DNA of 63,942 nt, counting the filler, from Reclinomonas americana ATCC 50394 (Eukaryota), in assembly GCA_048213135.1 (NCBI GenBank). It is 6 parts of 2 records of this genome, joined end to end, with 100 filler letters (N's around TTAATTAATTAA, not from the genome) between each part and the next. Parts side by side here need not be neighbours in the genome. Positions count along the whole stretch, not along the records: positions 1 to 19,815 come from PS015238.1; positions 19,916 to 24,032 come from PS015238.1; positions 24,133 to 30,645 come from PS015238.1; 3 more parts are not named here. The stretch is one strand, 5' to 3'. Under the pieces are notes generated by a model. That model worked only from the letters and a program-made list of their open reading frames with translations. It had not been told where the DNA came from and did no database searches. The position numbers were made by a program, and so were the translations under genes. This document shows positions 14,924 to 27,800 of this stretch, one piece after another. Each line of letters opens with the position of its first letter. The stretch's first letter is position 1.

Positions 14924-17900
14924 ATCACTGCAGGAGCGCTCCGAAGTCGTGCGCCAGCTGTACTCGGATCCGCGGCAGACGGCCATCTCCTCCAAGAAGC
15001 CTTGTGCGTCCGTCTCTCTCTCTCTCACTTTGCCGCTCCTTGTGCTCACCATCTTGACAGCGCGCGAATGCTTCTGCGGCGTTGGCAATGTGCTGTGGTT
15101 CCTCGTCATTGGCTGGTGGCTGGCGCTGCTGCATGCGGTCTCGGCACTCCTGCTGCTGCTGACGGTGGTCGGTTACCCGTATGCGCGTCTCATGATGCGC
15201 TACACGTGGTACTTGTTGTGGCCGTTTGGAACGCGTCTGGAGCGCGAGGTGGAGGGCTTTATTGTGCAGAATCCTGCACCCCGGGACTCGCGTAATTCAA
15301 TCCAGCTGCAGGTGCTGCTGCGTGTCAATCCAACACTGCGTGATTTTTTCCCATCTGACCGACAAATTGTCGCAGAATCCGGCGCTCGACGACGACTTGA
15401 TGGCCGAGCATGAGCCACTGAATAACGGCCCAACCAGCTACTCCATGTCGATCCAGAGTGCACACCCGTCGAGCTGGCGCAAGTCCAAGGTCGGCACCAT
15501 TGTTTACTTTGTGCTCATTTGTTGCGTGCCGTTTTTCTCCTGGTTGCAGTGTTTCGTCGTGCTGCTAATCGCACTCTACACCACAGATCCCATCCTTGTT
15601 GTGGCGCACGGCCTGGCCGCTGGACTCTGCTGGTTCTTCTTCGTGTACATTCCCATGAGCAAGATGCACGCCACGATGATCCGGCTGATGACAGTGGATC
15701 CGCTGAATGTCTATATGTCGCACCCGATGGAATGGGATTCGCCGCAGAGCCGCGCTCGCCAAGTCGAAGGCTGCGTCTTCAACGCCCTCAACCTGTACTA
15801 CTACAAGTACGCGGTGTACGGCATGAACATTATCCTCGTCAGTTGCGTGTGTCATCATCAGCTTGTCGGCGCTTTTGTCGCGTGCGCTCATCTGTTCACC
15901 GTTCTTGCCAGACATGCTGGTGTTTGTGGTGGCGGCACTTGTGTGCGGCTTCCTCACACCGTCGCACTGGCGAGAGGAGTACTCGTCGATTCTATTCGCA
16001 ATCGACATGCTGGCCACGATTCCACTCGGTTCGTGTTTGCACACCATTCGGTCGTGCTCACCCCCTGCTGTTGCTCACTGCTCTCTTGCCCCGTAGCGTA
16101 CTACATTGGCAAGGCCATCTCCAGGTCCGTTGCAGGTTCACCCGCGTTCTTCATTGTCGCATTTCTTCTCATCTCGTCACACACAGCATCTCGGCACAAA
16201 CATCCTTTGTCGTCGGTGCCTTCCTCAATGCGATTTTCGGCACCATCATCGAGCTGGCGCTGTACTTTTTCATGCTCCAGGTGTGCACCTGCACGCACTA
16301 TGAGATACTGCGTCATGCGGTGTGCTCACGCGCATGTCTTCTCCTGTCGCAGGGTGGACTCGTCAACATTACGCAAAAGGCGGTTGTGGGCTCCCTCCTT
16401 TCCGTGCTCCTCTTCTTCCCCGGCCTGGCCATGGTGCGCTTTGTGTGTGCTTATTCTCACTCAAATACCAACGTGCTGATCGTCTCTTCCCAGACGCTTG
16501 GTGGCATTGCAAATCGTGAGCAGCGCTTCAACCGTCGCGCAGCTGGTGTCTCCGGCACTCTGCTGCTGCTTGCCGTGCTCGGCGCCTTTATGCCGACGGC
16601 ATTCATGATTCTGTACGGACATTCGTACGTGAGTTGCGACATTTGCGCACAATTCCCGGACCTGTTGAACAGTACCCTGTCGTGCTCGAGTTGCCTGATT
16701 GGCGAGGTATGTACATCCGCCAGCTCCCTCTCGCAAGTCAGTGGTTTACTGATGATGCTGTTGCTGCTGCTGCGCAGCGCAACCTCGACGGCGATCGCAT
16801 CTACATCGACGAGGCACGGTGTGTAAGATGTGGAAAGATTTGCTTGGTGTTGCTCTTGTGCTTGTGGATCTCACTTGCAGTCTGCGCAGGCCGTTCATGT
16901 ACTTTTGTGCCATCATGCTGCCGGTCACCTACATTGTCGGTCTCATCTTCACGCTCAAGACGCACAACTATCTGTTCCAGCGTGCCCACGAGGGCGACGA
17001 TGCTCCTGGTGCGTGCTTGCTGTCTTTCGCACTCGTCACACTGCTTTTGGCTCACTCGCCAGTGCAGTGATGGAGGAGGGTCACGGCAACGCCGAGTGGG
17101 GCCGGTGGACGTCGGTTATCATCCTGTTGGTGGCCACTGTGGTGTACAGGTGCGCTTATCTCGCGACTGCCATGTTTGTTTCTTCTTTTTTGTGACCTGT
17201 GTGTGCCAGCTTGGTCGCCGAGGCCACCAGTCACGCCATGGAGCCTGCACTCAATGCCATGGGAATCCCGCCGGTGAGTGGAGGGAGGCACCAAGTGGTG
17301 CGCCACTCCCATTGCTATGCACTGAATGCCAATCCACCCTCCCTCTCCCCCCAAAAGGAATTCGCGGGTCTCACGCTGATTGCGCTCGTGCCCAACGTGG
17401 CCGAGGTCGTCAACTCATGTCAGTTCGCCATTCAAAATAACATCACTCTCAGTCTGGAAGTCGGCAACACCGCCGCCGTGCAGGTGGCTCTCATCCAGAT
17501 GCCGGCCCTGGTGCTCTTCTCGTATATTTTGCACGGAGAGTTGCGTGACACGTGCAGACACACTCTCGTACACACGTGAGAATGAGTACTCATTGCCGGC
17601 AATGCGTGACAGTGATGCCAACAAGGGCTTCGTGTTGATTTTCCACCGACACGATCTGGTAGCCGTCATCGGCGCCGTCACCGTGGCCAACTACGTGTAC
17701 GTCGACGGTCGTTCCAACTACTTTACAGGCGCCGCGCTTGTCATTTCGTACATTATCGTGGTCGCCAGGTGCGTGAATGGAGAGCTGCCTGCATCCTTCC
17801 CCCATCTTAAGCCCGCACTCACCGCTCATTCTGTGTGCATGCAGCTATTACTTTATTCCTCCGTGAGTCGCCCTCATTCTTCCCATCGTTGCGTGTGTGT

Positions 17901-17940
17901 TGCTCATTGAAGTTTGGTGTCGTGCAGGGGCATTTCGTGA
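14924..17940 (+). CDS. Type II cation/H+ exchanger (VNX1/CAX1-like), main body
   Basis: GNVLWFLVIGWWLAL, LYYYKYAVYGMNIILVN, ISAQTSFVVGAFLNAIFGTIIEL, YIVGLIFTLKTH, EFAGLTLIALVPNVAEVVN, DGRSNYFTGA. Confidence 0.92.
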
Positions 17941-18020
17941 GCGACGGCAACTCCTGTCTTTGACTAGTGTCTCAGCACCGCCATAAATCATGTTTCTACT
18001 TCGTCTTTATAATCAACGAC

Positions 18021-19229
18021 TCATGAGGCGACCGTATCGGCGCACTCTACTCCACGAAACAGACATGCATCGCGGCAAATATCCAGCAGCGACTTGCGCG
18101 GCTGCCAACCAATGAGCGTCTTGGCGCGTGAGGCATCGGCCACCAATGTGGGGCTGCGAGGACAGCGCAGTGAGCGACGATGCAAACAGCAAGATTGACA
18201 GACAAAAAAACAACGCAACACATCGCCTGGTCGTCGCTCATCCGGCACCCACTCAACAGCCGCCCCGAAACAGCGCGACAGCACCTCCAGCACCTCCTTC
18301 ACCGACGCACCCTCGCGTGTGCCAAGATTGAGAGTGGTGACCGCCTCTGTCAGGCTACCGGCAACCAGCGCCTCAATCGCTAGTGCATGTGCCTCCGCAA
18401 TGTCAGCCACATGAATGTAGTCGCGCACACACGTTCCGTCGGCCGTCGGGTAATCCTGTTCGCAGTCAATCAGCAACACGCTTCCTTCCTCACCGCCGTG
18501 TATCTGTAAACACACCGTGCCAAACACTCGCACTGGCTTGCCCTGGCGTGCCAGATCAATGGCAACAGGAATGAGGTGTGTCTCCACTGCACGACGCTCC
18601 CCGAGCCACTCCTCCCGCGCCCGTTTCTCATCCACCAGTGCTCCCGCCGCATTGAAATACCGAAACACCACCGCACGCAGTGCCGGCCACTCACGACTCG
18701 CCCACTGAATGACTAAGACACACCCCACTACACATCAGCAGCAGCAGGGGTAGGAAGTGTGCAGCAGTCCGCTCACTGACAGACCCGTCTCCGCCATGAG
18801 CTTTGTGTGACCGTAGACACTGCCCGGGGCCTTTGGTGCATCCTCCCGCAACGCACTGGTGTCCTCCGCCAGCCCACTGCTCACCCCATACACCGCCGCC
18901 GTCGACGAGAACAACAGCAGCGGCACCTCAGCCGCACGCATCGCCCTCAACAAGCGACTGACCACCTCCGTGTTGTTTGTAAAGTACTCCAGTGGAAGCT
19001 CCTCACTCTCGCCCACTGCAATCGAGGCCGCGAGGTGCGCCACACACTCCACGCGATGCTCACGCAGCAGTGCAGCGAGGTCACTCTCGCTGATGGAGCG
19101 CAGGTCACAGTGCACCATGGCGCCTTCGACGCAGTCGAGTGTGACAACTGAGTGCGCGTGCTGTTCATGCAGCACGCGTGCGCATGCGGAGCCAATGAAC
19201 CCCGCAGCGCCAGTGATCAGCACGCGCAT
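18021..19229 (-). CDS. GALE: UDP-glucose 4-epimerase
   Basis: MRVLITGAAGFIGS, HLAASIAVGES, FSSTAAVYG, YGHTK (YxxxK), RYFNAAGA, DYPTADGTCVRDYIHVADIA. Confidence 0.92.
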
Positions 19230-19331
19230 GTGTGTGAGTGACAGGGAGTGAGGCGATGTCCCACGCGCAAGGACGGACGGAGCGACGTCACTCCACGCTC
19301 TTCTCTCTCCGTCCGTGTCGCTGTTGATGGG

Positions 19332-19815
19332 ATGGGGTGCGCAGGGTCCTCACTTGCGCGAAAGGAAGCGCAGCTAAAGCGTGCGCGTGAACGACTCTCT
19401 GACATGACTCGCAAGGAGTGCTCCACTGTTCATCAGATGCTGGTGTGTGTGTGTGTCTCTTTCTCTCTCTATGTGTGTGTGTGCGTGTGTCCGTGTGACA
19501 TGCGCGACTCACACGTGTGCGCGCAGGAGCTGGTGGGCGATGCACAGCGGAATCCATTTGCAAAGGAGATAGGTGCGACACACACACACACGCACACACA
19601 CTCTCTCTTCTCCGACATGCACAACTCACTCACTGTGACGCTCTATTGCGTGCATGCGTGCATTGTCATCATTGTCATCATCATCGTCATTGCAGCCAAG
19701 ATTGATGAAACCCTCATGTTCCAAAACACGATGCTTCGCTTCTGGTATCCGGTGGGCTGGAACGTGGTTCAAACGGCGCCTGGTGTGCCTCTGGTCACCC
19801 TGGAGCAGGATGTGC
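19332..19815 (+). CDS. Hypothetical protein 5' part with an MGC lipidation-type N-terminus, truncated by linker gap
   Basis: MGCAGSS... with three exons joined by GT-AG introns. Confidence 0.55.
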
Positions 19816-19859
19816 NNNNNNNNNNNNNNNNNNNNNNNNNNNNNNNNNNNNNNNNNNNN

Positions 19860-19871
19860 TTAATTAATTAA
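19860..19871. other. Artificial scaffolding linker TTAATTAATTAA (also at 24077-24088, 30690-30701, 44606-44617, 49922-49933)
   Basis: Identical palindromic six-frame-stop 12-mer embedded in N runs (44 N each side at this site, 100 nt total). Confidence 0.95.
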
Positions 19872-20605
19872 NNNNNNNNNNNNNNNNNNNNNNNNNNNNN
19901 NNNNNNNNNNNNNNNGCATCGGTGCCTGGGGACTCGGTGGCGGCCTCGTCCGAGTCCATTCCGAGCCTGACGTGCACGCGTGGAACTGGTCCGAAGGTCT
20001 GTGCATGCATACACGCCTGTGGGTGTCTGGAGTGCGCATGTACTGAGTAGCGACGTTTTTTTTCAGTTGCCTGTCGATGATTACGAGCACTTGTCATGGA
20101 TGAACGCGGCAGCAAGAGCCATGTCTGTTGCGTCATGAACACACACACAGACTCGCGGTCGGTGTGCCAACTCCTCCGTCTGACTTCTTGTGTGCGTCAA
20201 CAGGACGTGCGCCGAAAGGAGGTGTTTGGTCGTGTGGATTCACACGGCGCACCAACCAAGCGCGCCACTCGGTAACACCAAGTGCGGTGCGGCCGTCACA
20301 TTTCTCTGCTCCCTTTCTATATCGGGACATGACACATTATGAAGACATTTTTTTAACATACACACACACGCCAGCGTCGCGCTTGTTTACCACAGGACAG
20401 GCATTCATCACTGCGGCGATAACAACAGTCCGCCAGCACAGACACATGCACAGACAGGGATGAGAAAGGAGGAGGAGGAGGAGGCAGGAAAAGGAAAAGA
20501 GACGCTTGCGGAGCACAGGAGAAACGGGTTAATGGGATGGAGAGCAGCGCGCAACAAGGAGGAAAAACAGGCCGCGTGTTGCTTTCCGCAAACAATGACG
20601 ATTTT

Positions 20606-23204
20606 TTAGAAGATGAGTTTGTCGAGCAACACAATCACCACGGCCACCACGGCCAGCAAGAGAGGAAGCATGCTACCGCCGCCGGTCAGCACCTGCAGCA
20701 TTCCACCCTCCAGCGGCTTGGCGGCCTCCATTGAAGCGGCACGCGCTTCCTCCTCGTGCAGCAGGCGTTCCGCCGTCTGCCTCTGCTCGGCTGACACNNN
20801 NNNNNNNNNNNNNNNNNNNNNNNNNNNNNNNNNNNNNNNNNNNNNNNNNNNNNNNNNNNNNNNNNNNNNNNNNNNNNNNNNNNNNNNNNNNNNNNNNNNN
20901 NNNNNNNNNNNNNNNNNNNNNNNNNNNNNNNNNNNNNNNNNNNNNNNNNNNNNNNNNNNNNNNNNNNNNNNNNNNNNNNNNNNNNNNNNNNNNNNNNNNN
21001 NNNNNNNNNNNNNNNNNNNNNNNNNNNNNNNNNNNNNNNNNNNNNNNNNNNNNNNNNNNNNNNNNNNNNNNNNNNNNNNNNNNNNNNNNNNNNNNNNNNN
21101 NNNNNNNNNNNNNNNNNNNNNNNNNNNNNNNNNNNNNNNNNNNNNNNNNNNNNNNNNNNNNNNNNNNNNNNNNNNNNNNNNNNNNNNNNNNNNNNNNNNN
21201 NNNNNNNNNNNNNNNNNNNNNNNNNNNNNNNNNNNNNNNNNNNNNNNNNNNNNNNNNNNNNNNNNNNNNNNNNNNNNNNNNNNNNNNNNNNNNNNNNNNN
21301 NNNNNNNNNNNNNNNNNNNNNNNNNNNNNNNNNNNNNNNNNNNNNNNNNNNNNNNNNNNNNNNNNNNNNNNNNNNNNNNNNNNNNNNNNNNNNNNNNNNN
21401 NNNNNNNNNNNNNNNNNNNNNNNNNTGTTTCACGTGCAAGTGTGCAAAGCGATGAGACGAGTGAAGAGGAGAGAAGGCAGAAGGGGGGTGAAGACGTGCG
21501 CAACTTCTGTCGACGCGCTCCTCCACCTTTTTCAGCTGTCGCCGCAGCTCGGCCATGGCAGCCTCTGGCGCCACTGCCACCTGATCGAGGCGAGCCGACG
21601 TGGCGCGCACCTGCTCCACATTTTGTTGCAACTCGCGCTGCAGATCGCGCACCGTGTCGCCCAGACGCACGGGCTCTCGTGCATTCGAGGTCGCCTGTTG
21701 CGACATTTGCTGCTGCACCTTCTTCATCTGCTCCAGCTCACGCACTGTGTCGTGCAACTGCATACACACACACGAAATAGCAGGCCATGAGTAACACTGC
21801 TGAGGAAGAGCCTGCCAGAGTACCACTGCTGAGGAAAAGATTGCCAGAGTACGGGGCGCCACGCAACTCGCTTCCACAAGTCGTCCACATCGCCCTCCAC
21901 CTTCAGTAGCCGCACTGGCGTGTCGCCGACCTCGTCCGCATTCACACTCGACGGGAAACTGGCCAGCGACGATGGTGCCGCCGAGGTGGCCATTCGCTGA
22001 CTCACGCTACCGTCGCCGAGAGCCTCACCGAGCAGAACCGCCGAAGCCGCACTGCTCGCCACCGTGTTGGCGCCCATCTTCTCCGGCACCTTGCGCACTC
22101 CCGTGGAACCGGCGCTACCCGGCGCTGGCGGCAGCAGCAACGACGACGTTGACAGTGGTGGTGAGGAGGGCAGCGTTGTCACGGCACCCACCGACTTGTC
22201 CTCGTGCAGCGTTAGCGCACTATTGTAATTTGTGTTGCCGCTGCTGGCGCCAAGTCGCGACGATTCGCCACCTGAGCCCGACGCTGCGCCCCCGCTATTC
22301 TCCACCGTTGGCGAGTTGGATTCGAGATTGCGCGACTTCTGCACGCCGGCCAGCAAGAGAATGAGTGGTCGCGAATCTCATTAAAAAAAAACAAGGAGGG
22401 AAAAAAAGAAAAGCGACCTTGATCAGGGCAACCGACTCGTTGGAGCGAACCGTGGCCCACTGTGGCAAATCCTCGACGCTGTCGACAAAGTTGCAGAGGA
22501 GCTCGACTTGGAACTTCTTCGCCGGGTCGGGTCCACCACCCTCGCGCCACTAACATGACGGAACAATACAATGTCAGCGGCGGGAACGGCACACTACGCA
22601 GAGAGAGAGAGAGACCGCCGCAACAATGCTATCGGCATTCGCCGTGGTGATATCCACATCCTCCTCGACCAGTGTGGCCAGGAACAAGTACTTGTCTTGC
22701 TTCTTCTTCTTGCGTGTCGCCGGATCGACGCTCTCCTCCTCCTCCTTGAAGCGCAACGTGACTGCGTGCCAAACCAAATGAGCACACACACAAGGATAGG
22801 CGGCTGCAGACAAGGAGAGAAAGAGCGTCGTGCACTAAACTCTTGACACTGACGGTCTCGCCAGGGGCCAGGAAGCCGGTCTTCTGACTGACGACATATC
22901 TCTTTGGATTGGTGGTCATCAGCTGCACAGACACGCGCGCGCGCGCAATGTGAGTCTGTGTGTACAGAGAGATGAATGAAAGGATAAGGAGAGACCTTGA
23001 AGCACACGTTGCGAGTGGGATGAATGTTGGCCACTCGCACATCGTTGCCAATGGTCCGCGCATCGAGTGAGGCCAGTGGAAAGTACACTACAAAATATAG
23101 GAGAGAGATTCTTGTCATTATCAATCACACCAAGCGTCGGGTGAGCTGGGAGTCGAGTGAGACGCAACGTGCAGGCATATCCACAGAGATCAACGGCTGC
23201 GCGC

Positions 23205-23235
<31 letters not shown>

Positions 23236-23692
23236 TGTGTGAGTGTAAGAGTGTGAGGAAAAACACACAAACCAAAACATCTCTCTGCTTTGTCTCTCTG
23301 TGCGTGGTGCTACTCTCTTGTGTCGCTCTTTCTCTCACTCGCACGACAAGCAAGAGACACACAGAGAGAGACACGCACATACACACACACACAAGAGCGC
23401 GCGCGCGAGATGTCACGTGTGATCTGCCAACACGCACGCGGGCACCCTTCGCGCTCTCTCTCGCCACACCACGTCCGTGCACAACGAGCAAAAGCACGCA
23501 CACACACACACACACACACACGTGCACACACACAAAGGCGCAAATCAAATGCCACGTGTGGTCCGAGTGAGCTTCGGCCATCTCTCACTCGCTCTCATTT
23601 TTTCCCCTTCGGCGCCTTGTTCACTGTGCGTCACTTACCTCGCCAAGGTACTTGCCGCCCGACGAGGCACTGAGCGCAGATGCGGCGGCCAT
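20606..23692 (-). CDS. VAP: VAMP-associated protein-like (MSP domain, coiled coil, C-terminal TM); start uncertain
   Basis: NVCFK|LMTTNPKRYVVSQKTGFLAPGETVSV...QDKYL MSP domain, Q/E-rich coiled coil, and the tail anchor MLPLLLAVVAVVIVLLDKLIF*. Confidence 0.82.
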
Positions 23693-24817
23693 GGCTTGCA
23701 AACAATGACAACACGCCAAGTGGACAATGGAGTATGGGCGAGCATCTACAGCGCGGTTTCCTTGGCGGGAAAATGTGCATTGTGTGTAACAATCATTCAC
23801 CAACACACTAGCAACAGCTACCTTGACGACCAAGTCCGACCACATGCAAAGCATCAACACAAACGTCAGACTTGCGGCCGCCTGCGCAGCGCTGCGGCAG
23901 TGTGTCATGTGCGCAGTGGCCTCGAGCTTTTGTGCATTGAGCACACACGCACACGCTCATCAACAGAGAGGTGCGCAAATGCGTGTTGTCTCTGTGAGTC
24001 TGCGCATACCGCATGCGAGAGCGCACTCATCGNNNNNNNNNNNNNNNNNNNNNNNNNNNNNNNNNNNNNNNNNNNNTTAATTAATTAANNNNNNNNNNNN
24101 NNNNNNNNNNNNNNNNNNNNNNNNNNNNNNNNTTCACACTCTCTCTCCCTCTCTCTCTCTCTCATGATCACACACTGTGTTTGTGTGCGTCTGCGCGTGC
24201 TCTGCGAATCCAGACGTTGCTGATGGGCATCGGCGGTGAGGCGACTACGCGCACAGCAGTGCCACGCACACGCAGAATCGAGATCACGTCTCTCAATCTC
24301 GTTCCAGATCCTCCGCTCTCATTTGCTCCATTGCGATCGATGTTGGCTCGCGACCGTGACCACCGGCTTCCCTCTCTCCCCTGGCGGGTTCAGCATCCTG
24401 CACGGATTCGACGCGACTGGAACTGCTGCTGCAACTGCCGGTGCGAGTGACCAGCACCGGCCGGTATCCAATAATCAATCGCAATCGATGGGCCTCAATA
24501 ACAAATTGACATTTGCGACTTTGCGTGGGGGTGAGCACAACTCTTTTCCTTTTGTGTCTCCACTGCCCCCGTCTCTCCCCTTTCTTCCCCTCCCTGCCCT
24601 TCTGCTGTCGCACTCAAGCCCCTCTCCGCCTTCGTCGTGAATGGCCAAATGCGCGCGCGCGGTTTCCTCCACCGTGCTCTTTCGCCTCTCATATTGCACA
24701 ATGCGAGTGCGCGCCCTCCCTCTCTCTCCCTCTCTCTCACACAACACAGTGTCTTGCACACTCGCAAGCACACACCTCATCGTGCCATGTGTTCATTCCG
24801 CGTTGTGCAGGTTCGAC

Positions 24818-27800
24818 ATGTCAGGCCCCACTCTCGTCCGGATCCGACGTCCCAGCGTGTTGCTGTGCCTCCTCGCACTGCTGTCGCTGAGTGTGTTGTG
24901 CAGCACGGCAGCCGCCGTAAGTGAGTCCACAGCGAGACACAGACACAACACACACACGAACACTTTTGTTTCTGAGTGAGTGAGCGAGTGCATCTTGTTC
25001 GAATTTATATGCGCATGTTCTGGCGCACACCAGTCGCTCTCTTTTCATTCTACGTTCTCGACGCCTGCAAGCGTAGCTCGTGCATGTGTGTATGTGTGCG
25101 TGCGCGTGTGTCTGCATTCTGTGTGATCTTTCCATGCTGCCATCTTTGTCGTTGCGCACCAGCACGGTGGTGGGACTCCATTATCATACTTGATGCAGCA
25201 TGTTCAGATCGCAGCGACAACCTGCACAGGAGTTGCACACCACTCACTTCCTCAGTCCTCTCTCATCGTCGAAGAAGAACACCACTTGTTTCAGCCGTTG
25301 TCGCGCGAAAGCAGACTGTTGATGAGACACACTCACTCTTTCTTTCGCGCGCAAATTTGTTTCTGCAGTCCTCTCGCCCTCCAACATCGCCATCAAGGCC
25401 GGCATCGCTGGCCAGATCGTCGACATCAATGTCATTGCCTCGGTGATTCCCTGGTCGACTGCCTCCACCGCCACTCTCTTCCTCGACCGTTCGTGCCACG
25501 GCGCGTCGCCCACCACTGTCGTCGTCTCCAACTCTGCTGCCTCGCTCACCTTCAATGCGTCGGGCGACATCAGCGGTGGTGAGCGCTATCTGTGCGTCGA
25601 CGTGGACGGTGCGGGCACGGCCGCGCGCAACGTGTTTGTGGCCACAGTGTTTGTCTGTTGCGTCGCATGCATGGTGATGATGCCATCGTCGCCCCTTCCA
25701 TATTGACTCTCTCCCCACACCTCACAGACACCCTTGACGAGCAAACAAAGTCGCCGCAGCTGGTGAATGGTCTCGCCGACTTCCGCCTGACGGTGACTGG
25801 CCAGCACTTTGCAAATCGCCAACTGGGCACCGGTGGCTCGTTTGGCCTGCATGCGGCTGCGGATTGCAGTGGATTGCCGGCACCAAACTCAAGCGTCACT
25901 CTGCGAGCCAGTGATCCTTCCGGCTTCTACACTCTGTTCTCGGTGGCCACTGGCGCTTCGTTTGCACAGGGCGCGTTGGGTGTGACTGCAACTGGTTCAT
26001 GCACACTGGCGTCGCCGGGAGTGTACTATCTGTGTGGCAAGTTGCGTTGATGTGCGAGAGGAGAGGGAGAGATAGAGAGAGACGATACTGATTGCGTTCT
26101 GCTGCGCTGCGTAAGCCTCTGCATGTTTGTCTCCACTGTCGTGCTCGTTTTCCCTTTGCCGGTCGTCGACTGCTGCCATGTGTGGCTCAATCTGCCTTGT
26201 TCATCGCCTGTCCTGCTCCCCTTTCCCTCTCTCTCTCCCCCTCTCTCATCTTTCCCCACCACCAGGTTCCAGGCCGGTGGCACCTCTGTGTACCGCCTGC
26301 AACCCCTCCCGCTCATCGTGACCGCCGCCTCATCCACGCCGGTCATCTCCTTTGCCGCTCCGCCCGTGCTCACGTACGGCAGCGCCAACCCGATTGTGAT
26401 TGGCTCCTCTGCGGAGAACCTCACCGACTGTACGAGCTTCAAGCTGGTGCCGGCCGGCGTCGATTGTGGCACTCTGTCGGACTACTCGACGCTGACGGGC
26501 GGTGTGGGCGCGTCGTTTGTGCGCGGCGGTGCCGATACCTGTCAGTTCACAACTGGCTGCCGCGTGTTCCGTGCGACCATCACCCCGAACGGGTCGAGCG
26601 GTGGCGGTGCCTACAAGCTGTGCGTGGCGGCCAACAACGGACCGTACGTGTCGGCGGAGGAGTCGTTCACCTCCGGCTTTATGACAGTCGGTGGCCTCAG
26701 TGCGAGCGACCCTTCCACCAGATCAACTCCATTGGCCACTGACGACGCCACCGCGAAGCCAAGCATGTCGACGCTGGCGGTGACGACGAGTACGATTCAG
26801 TTCACGTTTGCTCGCCAGTTCTTCCGCCGTCCGCGCGTGTTGGTCGGCTTTGCCAGTGTCGGCAAGCAGGTCACTGGAGGCATTTCTACGCAAGCCAATG
26901 CACCGAGTGACGGCACTTTTGCATTTTGCGCGGAGCCGGAGGTGACGGTGGCGCAACTGTCGACCCGTTGCCACGGTGTGTCGACCGACGGTCAGCCGGG
27001 ACCCACCATCACACTGAGTTGCGTTCATGATGGAGGGAAAGGTTGAGTGAGGTATGACTCATCAGCTTCCCTCTTCTTTATTTTACACGCAGGCTACCTG
27101 GCGTACTATGTGCATCAGACGAATGCTCTGTCGATGGACGGTCAGCGCACGCTGACAAGCAAGGCGTGGTTGACGGATGCGGCGAACAAGAACAGCTCGA
27201 CTGTTGCGTGTTTTGTTTGAACCCTCCTCTCTGCTCCTGTCCCGCCAACTTACTTCATATCATGCGCAGTTGGTGAGCGTGTCTTCCGCGTACCAGTTTG
27301 CGTCGGTGCCAGCCATCCCCGTGGCCGTCATCGGTGTGATGTCGATCCGTCAGTCGGCTGCCAGCAAGGATAAGCGTGTGCGCGGCGACAACTTTTCACT
27401 TACCAACAGCTCAGCCTCGCGCTCGAGCTTCGTCGTCAAGGGAGCAGTGAGCGGCGACTCTCGCGTGGAGGCGGTGTCTGCGCGCTTTGCTGTGGCACCG
27501 ACGCGCCCCGACAACACCAACAACAGCGGATTTGTCATGCTGTCGCGTGGTGCGTCCTCATCCTCCCCCCTCGGTTGGAGCGTATTGCCTCGCTTTCTCA
27601 TCTCTTCGTGTGTGGCGCAGAGACGACGCACACTAGCAGCACGATGACACAGACAGCCAGTCTGGTGACGCCATCGACCCCCAATGGCCTGCTGCGTGCC
27701 ACCATCAGCGTGCAGCTGTTCCTGCGCGGATGGAAATCGTCGGCAGTCATTGTGCAAAACCGCATCGATCAGCAGTCCCTGCAGTTCACCACCAAGCGTC

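Noticed and set aside
19860-19871. TTAATTAATTAA as a biological motif (e.g. piggyBac target site)
   Set aside because: It is always centred in N padding, so it is an assembly linker.
19916-20460. Possible gene fragment after the first linker
   Set aside because: Splice-like signals are present, but I could not build a consistent frame or recognise a family.
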